Part shown: in pieces, positions 53,090-64,000 of the stretch
How positions within the stretch are numbered: position 1 is the first letter of the stretch
Layout: each line of letters opens with the position of its first letter
Assembly: GCA_004022145.1 (NCBI GenBank)
Contig: RCNU01000001.1
Length of the DNA stretch: 64,000 nt
Direction: 5' to 3' (one strand)
Origin: Paecilomyces variotii
Taxonomy: Eukaryota
Notes under the pieces: model-generated
Told to the model about the DNA's origin: nothing
What the model saw: only the letters and a program-made list of their open reading frames with translations
Database searches by the model: none
Translations under genes and position numbers: made by a program

Positions 53090-55883
53090 ATGAAGGACAC
53101 TCCAGCCGATGATGATGCCCAGCTGGCTCAGATGGGCCACAAGGCTGAGCTGAAGCGGAATTTCTCAACGCTGTAAGTTGTTAGAGAGACACATATATAT
53201 CAGTGGGGTAATCATCTTGTACTGATGTGGCGTTAAAGGTCAATGCTGGGTCTGGCTTTTGCGATCCTGAACGTATGTCGACCGACTTCGAATATCTTGC
53301 AAGCTCCAGAAGAGACCTCCATTGCGGGAGTTGCTATAATTGAGTTCGATGGAATCGTCGCTAATTGAATGCTTATACAACACAGTCATGGACTGCGCTT
53401 TCAGCGAGTCTGTCGCTCAGTCTTACCTCGGGTGGAAGCACCAGTGTCGTGTGGGGTAAGGAAATGCGAGACGATTTGGTCCTTCTTTTTGGTGGTTATC
53501 GGATGGATGGATGGTTGACTGATCGTTCCATGATGAATAGGTCTTGTTACTGCTGGAGTGTGTAATTTGTGCATGGCAGCGTCCCTGGCGGAGTTCCTGT
53601 CTGCATATCCCACGTGAGTTTGTCCGAACTGTTACAGATTGAAGTCGGGGGATGTGCTGACGGGGGCTACAGAGCTGGAGGACAATACCATTGGGTCGCA
53701 GGTACGTATCAATCTTGCTTCGATATTGGTCTGGGATTTATTGTGTACTAACCTTTCTTTCCTGTACAGTTAGTAAGTATAGAATTCGGGTATACGTCGA
53801 TGATGGGTCTAACGATCGAAGTTTCCTGGGAGAAGTGGGTGCCTATCCTGTCATGGATCACTGGCTGGGTCAATGTCGCTGGCTGGGTAAGCTACAGTGT
53901 GCCGTACGTGCAGGAGCCGTGTACTAATTCTTTAGGTCGCTCTCGTGGCTACCGGTGGTCTACTGGGAAGCCAGTTGATCGTTGGTGTTATTTCTCTGAT
54001 GAATCCAGTATGAAATTCCTTCTGGCTGATCACAGGTGCTTGACTGACTTGCGATCCAGGCATACGAAGCGCAGCGCTGGCACCAGTTCCTCATTTACAT
54101 TGGTTACAACATTGCCGCCTTCTGCGTAAACGCTTTCATGAACTCGGCCTTGCCGTGGGTCACAAGAGGAGCTTGTATGCATTCCACTGCCCCGTGCTTT
54201 CAAACCTGCATTTCTGACATCAATATAGTTACGTGGTCGATTACCGGTTTCGTGATCATCTCGATCACCGTACTCGCATGCGCATCACCGAACTATAACT
54301 CCGGAAAGTACGTAGAATATCAATGGTGGCTTTTCATTTAGGGAGATATTGACTGTCCCAGGTTTGTCTTTACGGAATTCATGAACCAGACAGGCTGTAT
54401 GTTTCATATCTGTCCCCATCTGGGTGATGATCTTCCTAACGTTTTTTTAGGGCCTGACGGTATTGCTTGGCTACTGGGAGTATGTTGCTTCTCATGTTAA
54501 GTTTACGAAAGACATCACTGACATGCATTCTAGCTCCTTCAAGGAGGACTGGGCGTCACTGGATTTGTAAGTTACATGAATGCTGAATTCTTTCCCTTCC
54601 AGAGCTGACTTGTGCCCAGGACGCAGTTGCGCATATGATTGAAGGTAGTAACCCCTGCAATGTAATACGGACGAACGGGCTCTGATCAACAACAGAAATA
54701 CCAAATGCTTCGACCGAAGGACCAAAGATCATGGTCGCTTGTGTTGGAATCGGTACCTTCACGGGTGCCATCTTCCTAATCGTACTGCTCTTCGTGGCCG
54801 GCGATATCGAGGGAGTCATCAATTCTTCTGCCGGACCGTTGCTGCAAATCTTGAAGAACGCAACGAACAGCAATGCTGGCGCTATTTGCTTGTTGGTGTA
54901 AGTACAGAAGCTATCATCGTTATCCATCTGATGTTCTGTTCTGACACATGGATTAGCATTCCGCTCGTGTGCATGCTCTTCGCAACTATTAGTATCATGA
55001 CTACTAGCAGCCGTATGATCTATGCATTTGCCAGGTAAGCCACCTCGTCCCGCATTGTGCCTGAGCACAAATTCTAATAATTAAATCGACAACAGAGATG
55101 GCGGTCTTCCCGCATCGACCTTTTTCTCCCGAGTCCATCCTAGGCTCGGACTTCCCCTGAATGCTCTTTACATAACCACCGCACTGGTCATTATCTTCGG
55201 CTTGATCTTCCTCGGCTCTTCAAGGTAAGATGACCGACTCTATACAGCATAGCATTTACCCTGCCCTCGCGTAACTCTTTACTGATGTCTATCTATACAG
55301 CGCCTTCAATGCAATCGTTTCCGCTTCCGTAGTCGCCCTTGACCTATCCTACGGAATCCCAATTGCCATAAACTGCATCCGTGGACGGAAAATGCTCCCA
55401 CCCCGACCATGGAAGCTTAATCCCGTCTTTGCCTGGGTAGCCAATATGGTACGCTTTACTTTCCATATACATACAATAACCCTCCCAATCCAGATACACA
55501 GTTTTTTCTAACAGCAACAAAACAGATCTCCCTAGCATACATCTCCCTCACGACTATCCTCTTCCTCTTCCCTCCTTCGATCCCCACCACAGGAAGCGGC
55601 ATGAGTAAGTCCATACCCCCCTCAACTTTCTATCCAGTGTTGTATATCTCCGAAAAAAGCCCCCTATATATAATACTAACCACAAATTTCACTTCCAGAC
55701 TACTGCGTCGTTGCATTTGGTATTATCATCGTCATATCCGTCATCCAATGGATCGTCGACGGTAGAAAGAACTTCACAGGACCAAGAATCAACGTGGACG
55801 AGTTCCCGCAGACATTGAGCGGTGTGCCTGTGTATGCGGAACCGAAAGCTTCTACAACGGAAATGGACACAGCTGAGAAATAA
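53090..55883 (+). CDS. APC-superfamily amino acid/choline (GABA-permease-like) transporter, 20 exons
   Basis: Spliced reading MKDTPADDDAQLAQMGHKAELKRNFSTL|SMLGLAFAILN|SWTA...SLAEFLSAYPT|AGGQYHWVA|VI|SWEKW...GFDAVAHMIEEIPN...SSRMIYAFARDGGLP...NYCVVAFG...GRKNFTGP. Nineteen GT-AG introns traced. Confidence 0.92.
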
Positions 55884-56407
55884 AACTATAAGAAGTGAGG
55901 ATCAAGATAAGATAGGTGTATGGGATGTGTATATTATTCATTGTCCTGGGTCATTTTTTGGTTATTTCTATTTTATCTCTATCAATAAAGAAAGATCAAT
56001 ATTGGCTTTTTTTTTATGTAAGATGTGAATCCTTTTTCCAAATATACTAAAGTGGAGGGTTAGGTATGTTGTTGCCACATGCAGGGAGACCTATTATATC
56101 ACGGTTTTTAGCTGGTTCGTTATATACTTAGGAGATAAATATGGAATTAACACCCCTCGGTTCCTCTTCTTAAATCGAAAATCAAGCCTGCTACTAGGCA
56201 TATGCGAGGCTGTTCAATGAGTATTTGTTTCCGTGCACTTTTTAAAATACGACGAATGGGATGTTCAGATTATGTACTGTATATATATATGTATGAGTGT
56301 TTGGTATGTACATATTCCCTGTTCTAGAGGTTGAAGCCGATCAATTCATAACTCTAATTGAACTGCATCATTCATCACAGAGCGTACGGCACACTCCCTC
56401 CTTGTCT

Positions 56408-58721
56408 TCAGTAGATCAGGCTCACATTGTCAAGGTACGCTGAGGCTACTATGGAACTGCTAACCCTGCAAGTAACCGTTGTAGTCCCTGAAGTGGCAGG
56501 CACACTGATGCTAGCCGTACGCCAAACATTCTTGGCCGCGGTGCCAAGGTTGACCGTGTATGATGTGCCAATGCTATTGTTAGCGCCGCACGTAAGAGCT
56601 GAGACCGGATTACCTCCTATCACATAGTAGTTGAAGGCCAAGGTGTAGAGATGTCCAGGAACCGTGGCCACAGTCTGGGAGATTGCGGAGTATGATGAAC
56701 CGGCACCCGAGACATAGAGATCGACGGCGACGGCACTGTTATATCCGGCCACGAAAGCCAGTTTTCCATTGCCGCCGGAGGTATATGTCCAAGGCGCAAT
56801 AGAGCCGCTTTGATAACTACTTTCAAAGCCTCCATTCTGTAGCAAATTCGTGGGCGTGGCGGATGCGGTCGCTGTCACCGTGGTGGTGCTGATGGTTGAG
56901 ACAGTCTGGGTGACAGTGAGGTCAACGCTGGTAGTGCTCAGCACTGTGCTAGTGATATCAACGGTAGCCGAAACAGTGGCTTGCACCGTTGTCGGCGAGG
57001 GAACAGTGACAGTCAACCATTCGGTTGAGGTGATAGTTGAAACGGAAGTGACATCTACCGTTGTAGTCTCTGTTGCGGTGGCTGTCACCGAGACAGTGGG
57101 AGTAGCAGTCACATCGACCGTTTGCGTGACAGTCGGGCTGACGGTCAAGCTTGTTGTCGCTGTTATAGTGTTGGTTAAAGTTACATCATTCGTTGTGGTA
57201 GAGGTCACATCCGTAGTCGTAGATTGAGTGACAGTGACAGTGTCCGAAGCAGTGACATCCAAAGTGGTCGAGGAGGTAACATCTGCAGTCACATCCGTCG
57301 TTGAGAATTCAGTTACTGTTGTGAATTGATTATCTGTGACAGTGATAGTCGGGACCTCAGTTTCAATAGTGGTGCTGGTCGCAGTAACGAACGTCGTGGC
57401 GTCAAGGGTAGTTGTCGAAGGCACATCGGTGATTGCAGTATTGGTCTTGAGAATGGTCGATACGGCAGTGAGGAAATGTGTCACATAGGCATTGAGATAT
57501 CTCGTGACATAGACAGTTTGTATCCCATTCGACGGAAGGTGCGTAGTGACAGTGGTCGTTGTCTGTATAACAATGTTAGGACTACGAGGAAGCAACGAGG
57601 ATTTCATGGAGAAAACATACAGTGGGCTGTGGTAGAGTCTCAGTGATAATCACGGTCGAGACCGCCGGGATCTTCAATGCAGAGCATGCGGTTGAGAGAG
57701 CCGCCACAGGAATGGTCCTCAGAGGAGAGGGTGTCGGATACGCTGCAACACGAAGGGGTTCTCTGTTGATGAGTGTATCTCCACGCTTTGCGACAGCGAT
57801 AGTTGCAACAGCAGTCGTGGTGACCAGAGTCCCGTCCGTAACTATCGTCGTGGTAATGACTGTTGTGGTCTCAATATCAGTGGTAAACACTGAGTTTGTA
57901 ACAGTGTCTGTCTCCGTCTGGGAAATCACATCAGGAACGCCCACGAAAGTGAGAGCCCCGACACTGTCCGTAGTAGTTGAAGCGATTGTATTTGTCTCAG
58001 TAGCTGTGATGGTATCGGTAAAGGAAAGTGTAAGTGTCTCTGTATGATAGTTGGTGACGCTTTCAGTAAGGAAATTGGTAAATGTGTCAGTGACAGAGTC
58101 AGTTGCCGTGGCCGTGATATAGTCGGTGACAGTAGCTGTGGAGTAGTCTGTAATTGTATTCGTATACGTCTCCGTAAAGGTTTGAGTGGTTGAGTCCGTG
58201 AGAGTGGCAGTGGCAAAGTTGGTGATAGTCTCAGTGACAGGATCTGTCGTAAAGCTACTGAAAGACAGAGTGATGGTCTCGTATGCAGGATCGGTGACGA
58301 AGGTTGTAGACACGGTAGTGATGGTTGACGTCTGGGTATCAGTGACGGTAACAGGAACAAGACTTGTCTGAGTAGCTGTGACATATTGGGTTTGCAAGTC
58401 GGTGATGTGCTCCGTGATGGTCGAGTCGATTGTTTGCGTGACCGTCTTGGTCGTCTTGAGGGGAGGACCACGATCATGGATTGTCTGAGTGACTGTCGAA
58501 GTTGCCGGGGGCGGAACGAACGAATTGATCTTCGTAGTGGTTCCACGGAGCGGAATATCGATCAGGTCGCGACAGAAAGGAATAGACTCTGGTACTCGAA
58601 GCAGCAGGTCGAGCACTTCGTCCGGACGCAAGCATACATCGGCTGGCTGCGATCTGCGTTCAGGTCGAGGCAAGGCCACTGCACTGGCAGCTAGTGACAG
58701 CAGCAAAGCTGTCCACCGCAT
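56408..58721 (-). CDS. Secreted Thr-rich (adhesin/flocculin-like) protein with a C-terminal CBM4/9-like beta-sandwich, 2 exons
   Basis: Signal peptide MRWTALLLSLAASAVA. A GTATGT...CTAAC...ACAG intron at about 57620-57563 joins the two long ORFs. The C-terminal domain starts NLLQNGGFES and ends AYLDNVSL. Confidence 0.8.
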
Positions 58722-60428
58722 TTTGGAGAGAAAAGGTAGATAATATGAACGAAGGACAACTTTTCTCAAGGCAGCTGGTCTAGGACAACCCGACGTATAG
58801 AGCTACCATTTTATACTCTTTCAGGTACGCCCCTCTCGCCCGGAGAACTCCCCGGAATTGTAAATATCCAGTTCTCCGCATTTTCTTCAGATGGAAGCGA
58901 AACAGTCCAAATCGGGGTAACGATAATCGAGAAAGAGGCGTGATCGTGTATGTTTTGATGTTTACAGAGGTGGTTATAGAGAGATTGGCCGGAACAGCCG
59001 ACGGACGAACGAGATGGCAGGGAGGCGTAATACTATCGAGCGTTCGGTTCTCGCTAGGAGATTTTGTCGGTGCGCTATACGAAGTAGCGGCAAAACCACG
59101 TGGTTCCTGAACAGCTTCGCGTGGCCAGATCCAAGTCTAGATCGAGAATTGTCCTGTTCCAATCCTGGCGAGAACACTGACAAGGTTCTGTGGAGTTGGT
59201 AGTCTGTAGCTACGCATCTTTCCACATCGGCGTTCCCGAGTAAATGGATTGAGGCTGATATCTCTGAACGTCTGACAACTGTAAGTACTCTTGCTTAATT
59301 TCGTGCCACAGGAACACGCAGGGCTTATCTAGCCGGTTAGCAATGAGAATGTGAGCATGGAAGACAATCGGAGCTTGTCAAGTCCACCAACCCAGCTAAG
59401 GGCCCCTCTGCGAGGTTGCTATACGCGAGGAACAGCATCACCGAGCAATTGAGACAATGCAAACAAACAGCCCGTTTCGTAAACGATACCATTGCGGACA
59501 TCCCAAAGATGCTGAGTGATACATCAGGATTATGCAGGAGCTGACTGATGCGCAGCACCCGGTCATGGAGTTTGATGATCAGCTTCTCAATTTGGTGGAA
59601 CACGGAACGGAACTGGCCATCGAGGGCTGTCGAGTTATTAGATCCTCATATTTCTTAGGATCACGAGGAGGACGTCGCTTCTCGACTGCCTGAGGGCCTA
59701 AGGCACCAACTAGATCGGACAATCACAATACTGTAACTTTTAATATGCCTAGCAATTTAAATATCTCAAAACACAACTATCCAGCCTTATAAGTACAATT
59801 ATTTCAGCTAGGTGCGTAGGGAAAACAATGGTTAATCAATCATCACCACATCGCCACATCATCATCAAGATCATCATCCTGACCAATATCTCACTTGACT
59901 GGCAATCTGATCTGCAGTGTTCCACTTATGCACATATTCTAACATGTCTTCTTCCCCTCCACTGTGAGCCTTTGCTTAAGCAGTCTTGTCTATTTCTCGA
60001 ATAAGAATAAAAATAATAATAATGAGCTATTCCTGCTTTGACAGGCAGACCGCTTACATAACAGAGTTTGCTTGTTTTGTCTGCCTGCGTCATAGCTGTT
60101 TTGAATTCCGTACCGAGACCTCCGTAATATTCGACGGTTTCGCTTCCAATACGCTGTTCTTCCCCAACCAAAAAACCGCCGTGTCACATGGAGGGTTCGA
60201 TGCTGATCTGGACGAGCGGGGTTCACGGTATTAAATCATTATTATTGATTTCCATGCATAAGAATTGTCTTTTATAAAGCTTCCCCGCGTTGGTAACGAC
60301 AAGTCTTGGTTATTAAAGGCTGGCTGTGTCTCGCAGTTGTGGCGATACGCTCCTCATTTCCCCATCAAACTTGCGTCGATCATCCGTATAATAGATCGTT
60401 TCGCTAGTACTCAACAAACCGGACAACA

Positions 60429-61838
60429 ATGTTGTCGTTTTCGTTTACTTTTCCCAAGCTGCTGGCTGGGACTCGCGGACGGGCAATCGATATCCACTCA
60501 GTCAAGATCCATGAAATAGAGACGGCGCAGGAGAAGCCGGCACGGGCTCTCAAGCACCTACTCAGACTGAATCATGCCAACAATGCCATTCTGTTCAATG
60601 AGAGACGCTTCCACAACCATACTCCACATGTAAGAACAGCCGTCTACTCGAGATGAGTATGTCCTTATGTCCTTATGTCTTCTGACAAGGTTGGCCCTAG
60701 ATTTTGAGCTCTTCGTACCTTTTGGGCGCTGATGCAGACGACTTAAACCGCATCTATGAAGAGGAGGCAAAGCAGCTGGACCCGTGGACGGATTCCCCTG
60801 GAGAGATTAGCACCGATGACTGGCGGGATTTCCTTGGGAATCGAGAGTAAGTGTCAGTATTCTATCCTTCGGAATGTCCTATACTCACCGTGTGCGGTAA
60901 GGTATCAACGAGCCTACGTGGATTTCTTTGAAGATGAACTCGTCCGCTATGGATACGACTGGAAGCGGGTGATTCATGAGTTTCTTTTCTCTGGAAAGGA
61001 ACCATTGATAAATTCTGTTCTCGCTGACCGTACGCTTTCCCGCCCCTATACATTGTCATAAGGAATTGATTGTTGACAGTCGCTAGTGGGCCATCCTCTG
61101 ATCCATCTCGGATATGCCTTGGAGATGTCTAATCGAGAAGTCGCGATGGAAGCTCTTGCAATGACAGCAACTTGCTATAGTGATATCCATAAGTATCTCG
61201 ACGATCCATCTTATTCAAAGGCGGAGGCTTCCTATCATTCAACCTCCCCTCTCAGTATTCTCGAGAAAGTCCGCACCGATAAGCGCTTTCACGGCTTGTT
61301 CGGCTCTCCGGGTGCCCAGAATACGCAAATTCTCTTCCGTGACCGTGAAGCTGCCCTACTTGATCACTGGAACGCATGGGAGATCCAAGATCCTGTGAAG
61401 CAGTTCCGCGAAAGCCAGGAAGCCGCGGCCGCGATGCTGGTCGCTACGCGCGAAAATTCCACAGCACGATACGATTTCTTCTTGGTTCACCTCCTGACCA
61501 CTTCCCATGCAGTCAGGATCCTCCTGCCGTTAATCCCTTCTGCGTTCCATATACCTCTTGTCCGACAGTGGTGGCTAATCACTATTGCTGTCTATATCTC
61601 CCAACTTCGACCGGAGATAAAGCTCGACAGGATCACCGACTACGATCTCAAGGGTAGAGATTGGAAATGGGCCAGCCATAAGGCTGTAAAGGGCCCTCAC
61701 TCCACTGATGCTCACTATGTCAAGGCTATCCGAGCATACAAGGAGGCTGCACAGACCTGGGGAGACCCTGATGAGTTCTACCTCAAGGCGGCAGTTAAGT
61801 TTGCAGACGAATTCGATGGTTGGGGTGGATTTGTTTAA
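60429..61838 (+). CDS. Questin oxidase / AflY / HypA family oxidoreductase (MGS207-like), 4 exons
   Basis: LKHLLRLNHAN...FHNHTPH, DDWRDFLG, YQRAYVDFFEDELV, GHPLIHLGYALE, YDFFLVHLLTTSHAVRILLP and DAHYVKAIRA. Confidence 0.88.
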
Positions 61839-62563
61839 AAGTCTTCTATGGGTCGTTTTGAATCTTGAGACACGAGCTCATAATGTTGCTGGGTATCATG
61901 TGAACACGTTCGCAACTACTTAATGAACTTGAGAGATACTCTTGGAGGCTTTCATTCTTTAACCTCTGTATTAACAGTTACTCTCCACTTATTTATAATC
62001 ATGAAGAAAAAGGCTTCATTTCTTTTTGCAATCGTCTCCTACCATGCACTAGCAGTTCAGAGTCTATATTGGCCATCTTAATGTCGAAACCTAGGATTAG
62101 AGATGCAAAGAAGGGAACAGAACATAAGTATAGAATAGGATCCTCTGGACTGTCTTGCTGAGCCAATGTCAAATGCCATGGTGCACTTTCCCGTTATAAT
62201 AACAACCGACATGCTCAGATACTCCGAGTATGTACACGCAGATTGTACGAGCGCTTGCAAGCATGCATACCCTAGTGAAGATAATGATCCAGGCGCAAAT
62301 AAGAAATATCTCTGGGCGATGGTTTGTAGCACACCTGGGCACCTGATTGATCTGGTTGGCCCAATCTTGGTTAGATCAAATATTGTTTGCAGCGTTTGCA
62401 CCAGACAAGCTCCATCTTGAAGGAGCTTTGACGGTTTGAACGAACAACATCTTTCAGATCTGCGATGAACAACCAAAGTATTCATCGATGACCGTGCTGA
62501 GAGAAATATGTTGACACAATACTAACATAAGGGTCACGCCGGCAGTCACTATTCTATCAGAGG

Positions 62564-64000
62564 ATGTCTTCTGACTCTGACACTCCCATCCACCTGCACG
62601 CGGAGCTTCTGCCCAATATTCGACAGCTCACCTTCTACGTTTCTCTTCCTGCAGGTAGCTATATAAGTCAGGATGGTGGCACGCTCAAGCCAGAGATCTC
62701 GCTGTCCGAGTCGCGGCGCGCAGTCACAGTGTCCGTCGGGGGAGAAATGGAGACAATGAAGCTTCCCGCGAGGGTCAGCGAGAGTTCTCGATCAGGCCTG
62801 CGGTTTCCGGCACATGCTTTCTCGGGAAAACCCGCGGCTATTGATGGCACGAACAGGATGGAATTCTCATTCCGTATGCAGGTGGATAAGGACGAAGTTC
62901 CTGGTTTGACAAAGGATGAATTCGTGGATGACTTTATCCCCTGGACGGCAGCGGACATGTCTACATCTGCCCTTGTGCGGTGTCGCGAGTGCAGTGCAGT
63001 GATCTTGGACCCCGGAGAACATACTGAAGGATGGACATGGAAAGATCTTCCTAGTGGGAACTGGGCTGAAATGATGGACTTTTGGCACTGTCACAAGCCA
63101 GATCCACATGAAGGTCATGACCACAAGTCAATAGAGGATTCTAATGCAGTCCTGAAAGGCTATGGAGCCGCGAACCAGATCTCAGCGAGCCCTGGGACGG
63201 TTCTCGTTGATGTTGCTTCATTCCTAGTTGCTGAAGTGGATTGTAATGGTCTGAGAAAGGTAAGAGAAAGGTACCCAGTTGACCATTGTCCTTCACTTCT
63301 ATGGGTCCTCCATGTTCCGTGTACTATGATACCTGAATCTATAACCATGTCATATAGCGCTGCTTGCCGTATTCCGCGTTACATCAAAACTTCTCTGCTT
63401 CCACTATCATACCATGGGCAACAAGAAGGAGGCCTCCTCCACTTCCATGATCTGGCCTCCGATACAATTGCCCGAAATCAATCAATCCATAAATATTCTC
63501 GTTCCAGGTACATCACATCTGTCACAATTTCGAGGTGAGTAGCTGTTGCGAACCACTGGCGGAGTATCCTCTTTGCGGAGATGGATTTCCTCCTTTGGTC
63601 TCTCTGCAGCTTCACGCCTCAGAGATTGTGATGGATTGTTCCTATGGATCGAGTATTTACCGCCTCATCTCTTTCACTGTTGGATTTCTTCTTTTCACAA
63701 CCTGCCCAGAGACATGGGATCCACAGGATTAAGACGAGGTACATGAATGGGCCCGTTAGATGGACACCGCCGGTATATCTGATATAGTAATTATCTCAGC
63801 CATTGATATCTGCAATGAAATTCATGTTTGACTTTAGATCAACTTTGCTTTCCTACAGCTAGTCCATAGAAAGCTAACATTTTTATTTCATAATAGTCAC
63901 AAAATGAGCGTCTTCCGCACACTGGAAACGCTAGGACCCGAGTCTACGTAGAATGTGAAGCCTGTGGTGCAACAATAGGCACGGAAGACGTCACTGCTAA
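62564..64000 (+). CDS. HECT_2 / ubiquitin-conjugating enzyme E2-binding protein (Ipa1/UBE3D-like), 3' end beyond the window
   Basis: LHAELLPNIRQ, PWTAADM, CRECS and WKDLPSGNWAEMMDFWHCHKP. The intron spans 63260-63896. Exon 2 resumes SQNERL...VECEACGATIG. Confidence 0.88.
63412..63702 (+). ncRNA. Intronic box H/ACA guide RNA, snR81-like (predicted guide for U2 snRNA Psi42); 3' end uncertain
   Basis: Lower stem TGGGCAA/TTGCCCG and upper stem GGAGGCC/GGCCTCC enclose pocket strands CAAGAA and GATACAA, complementary to U2 GUAUC-UG-UUCUU. Box H AAATCA (63475-80) lies 14 nt from the pocket apex. A long second hairpin and a candidate ACA at 63697 follow. Confidence 0.8.

Noticed and set aside
59337-59640. 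Possible small gene or relic on the - strand (FHQIEKLIIKLHDRVL...)
   Set aside because: There is no clear start, recognisable motif or convincing exon chain.
60429-61838. Secondary-metabolite cluster around the questin-oxidase-family gene
   Set aside because: No PKS, NRPS or tailoring genes are nearby, and stand-alone members of this family are common.
63260-63538. C-terminal 92 aa of the 324-aa ORF 62564-63538
   Set aside because: This is read-through into the intron after the AAG|GTAAGA donor. The region is better explained as ncRNA, and coding resumes at 63897.
1-64000. tRNA or 5S rRNA genes
   Set aside because: The GTTCG-containing sites I inspected (about 13057, 46999 and 52328) lack a cloverleaf context. 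A tRNAscan-SE run would settle this.

Overview
This is intron-rich filamentous ascomycete DNA; the gene set and codon style look Eurotiales (Aspergillus/Penicillium-like). The window holds about 20 protein-coding genes: a Pth11-like membrane protein, Mps1 kinase, a repeat cell-wall protein, a PWI/SRm160 splicing factor, a small two-exon protein, a TamA/Dal81-type Zn2Cys6 factor, Rpb4, Trm5, a GRF zinc finger, an NCS1 permease, a PX-domain protein, an MFS transporter, a peroxisomal copper amine oxidase, SltA/Ace1, a PD-(D/E)xK-like orphan, Pex6, a 20-exon amino-acid permease, a Thr-rich secreted protein, a questin-oxidase-family protein and a HECT_2/Ipa1-like protein. The strongest hidden element is a box H/ACA guide RNA inside the 637-nt ipa1-like intron. 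Its pocket matches U2 snRNA Psi42, the snR81 target in yeast, and it is followed by a long G-U-containing hairpin. Other observations are a 3-nt microexon, a spliced overlapping uORF plus two stop-free 3n introns in sltA, and a small accessory island (ADH relic, 46-bp tandem repeat, nuclease-like orphan). There is also a possible solo LTR and an 8-residue TxT-periodic secreted protein. Family names come from motif recognition by eye, with no database searches run, and exon boundaries are manual predictions.
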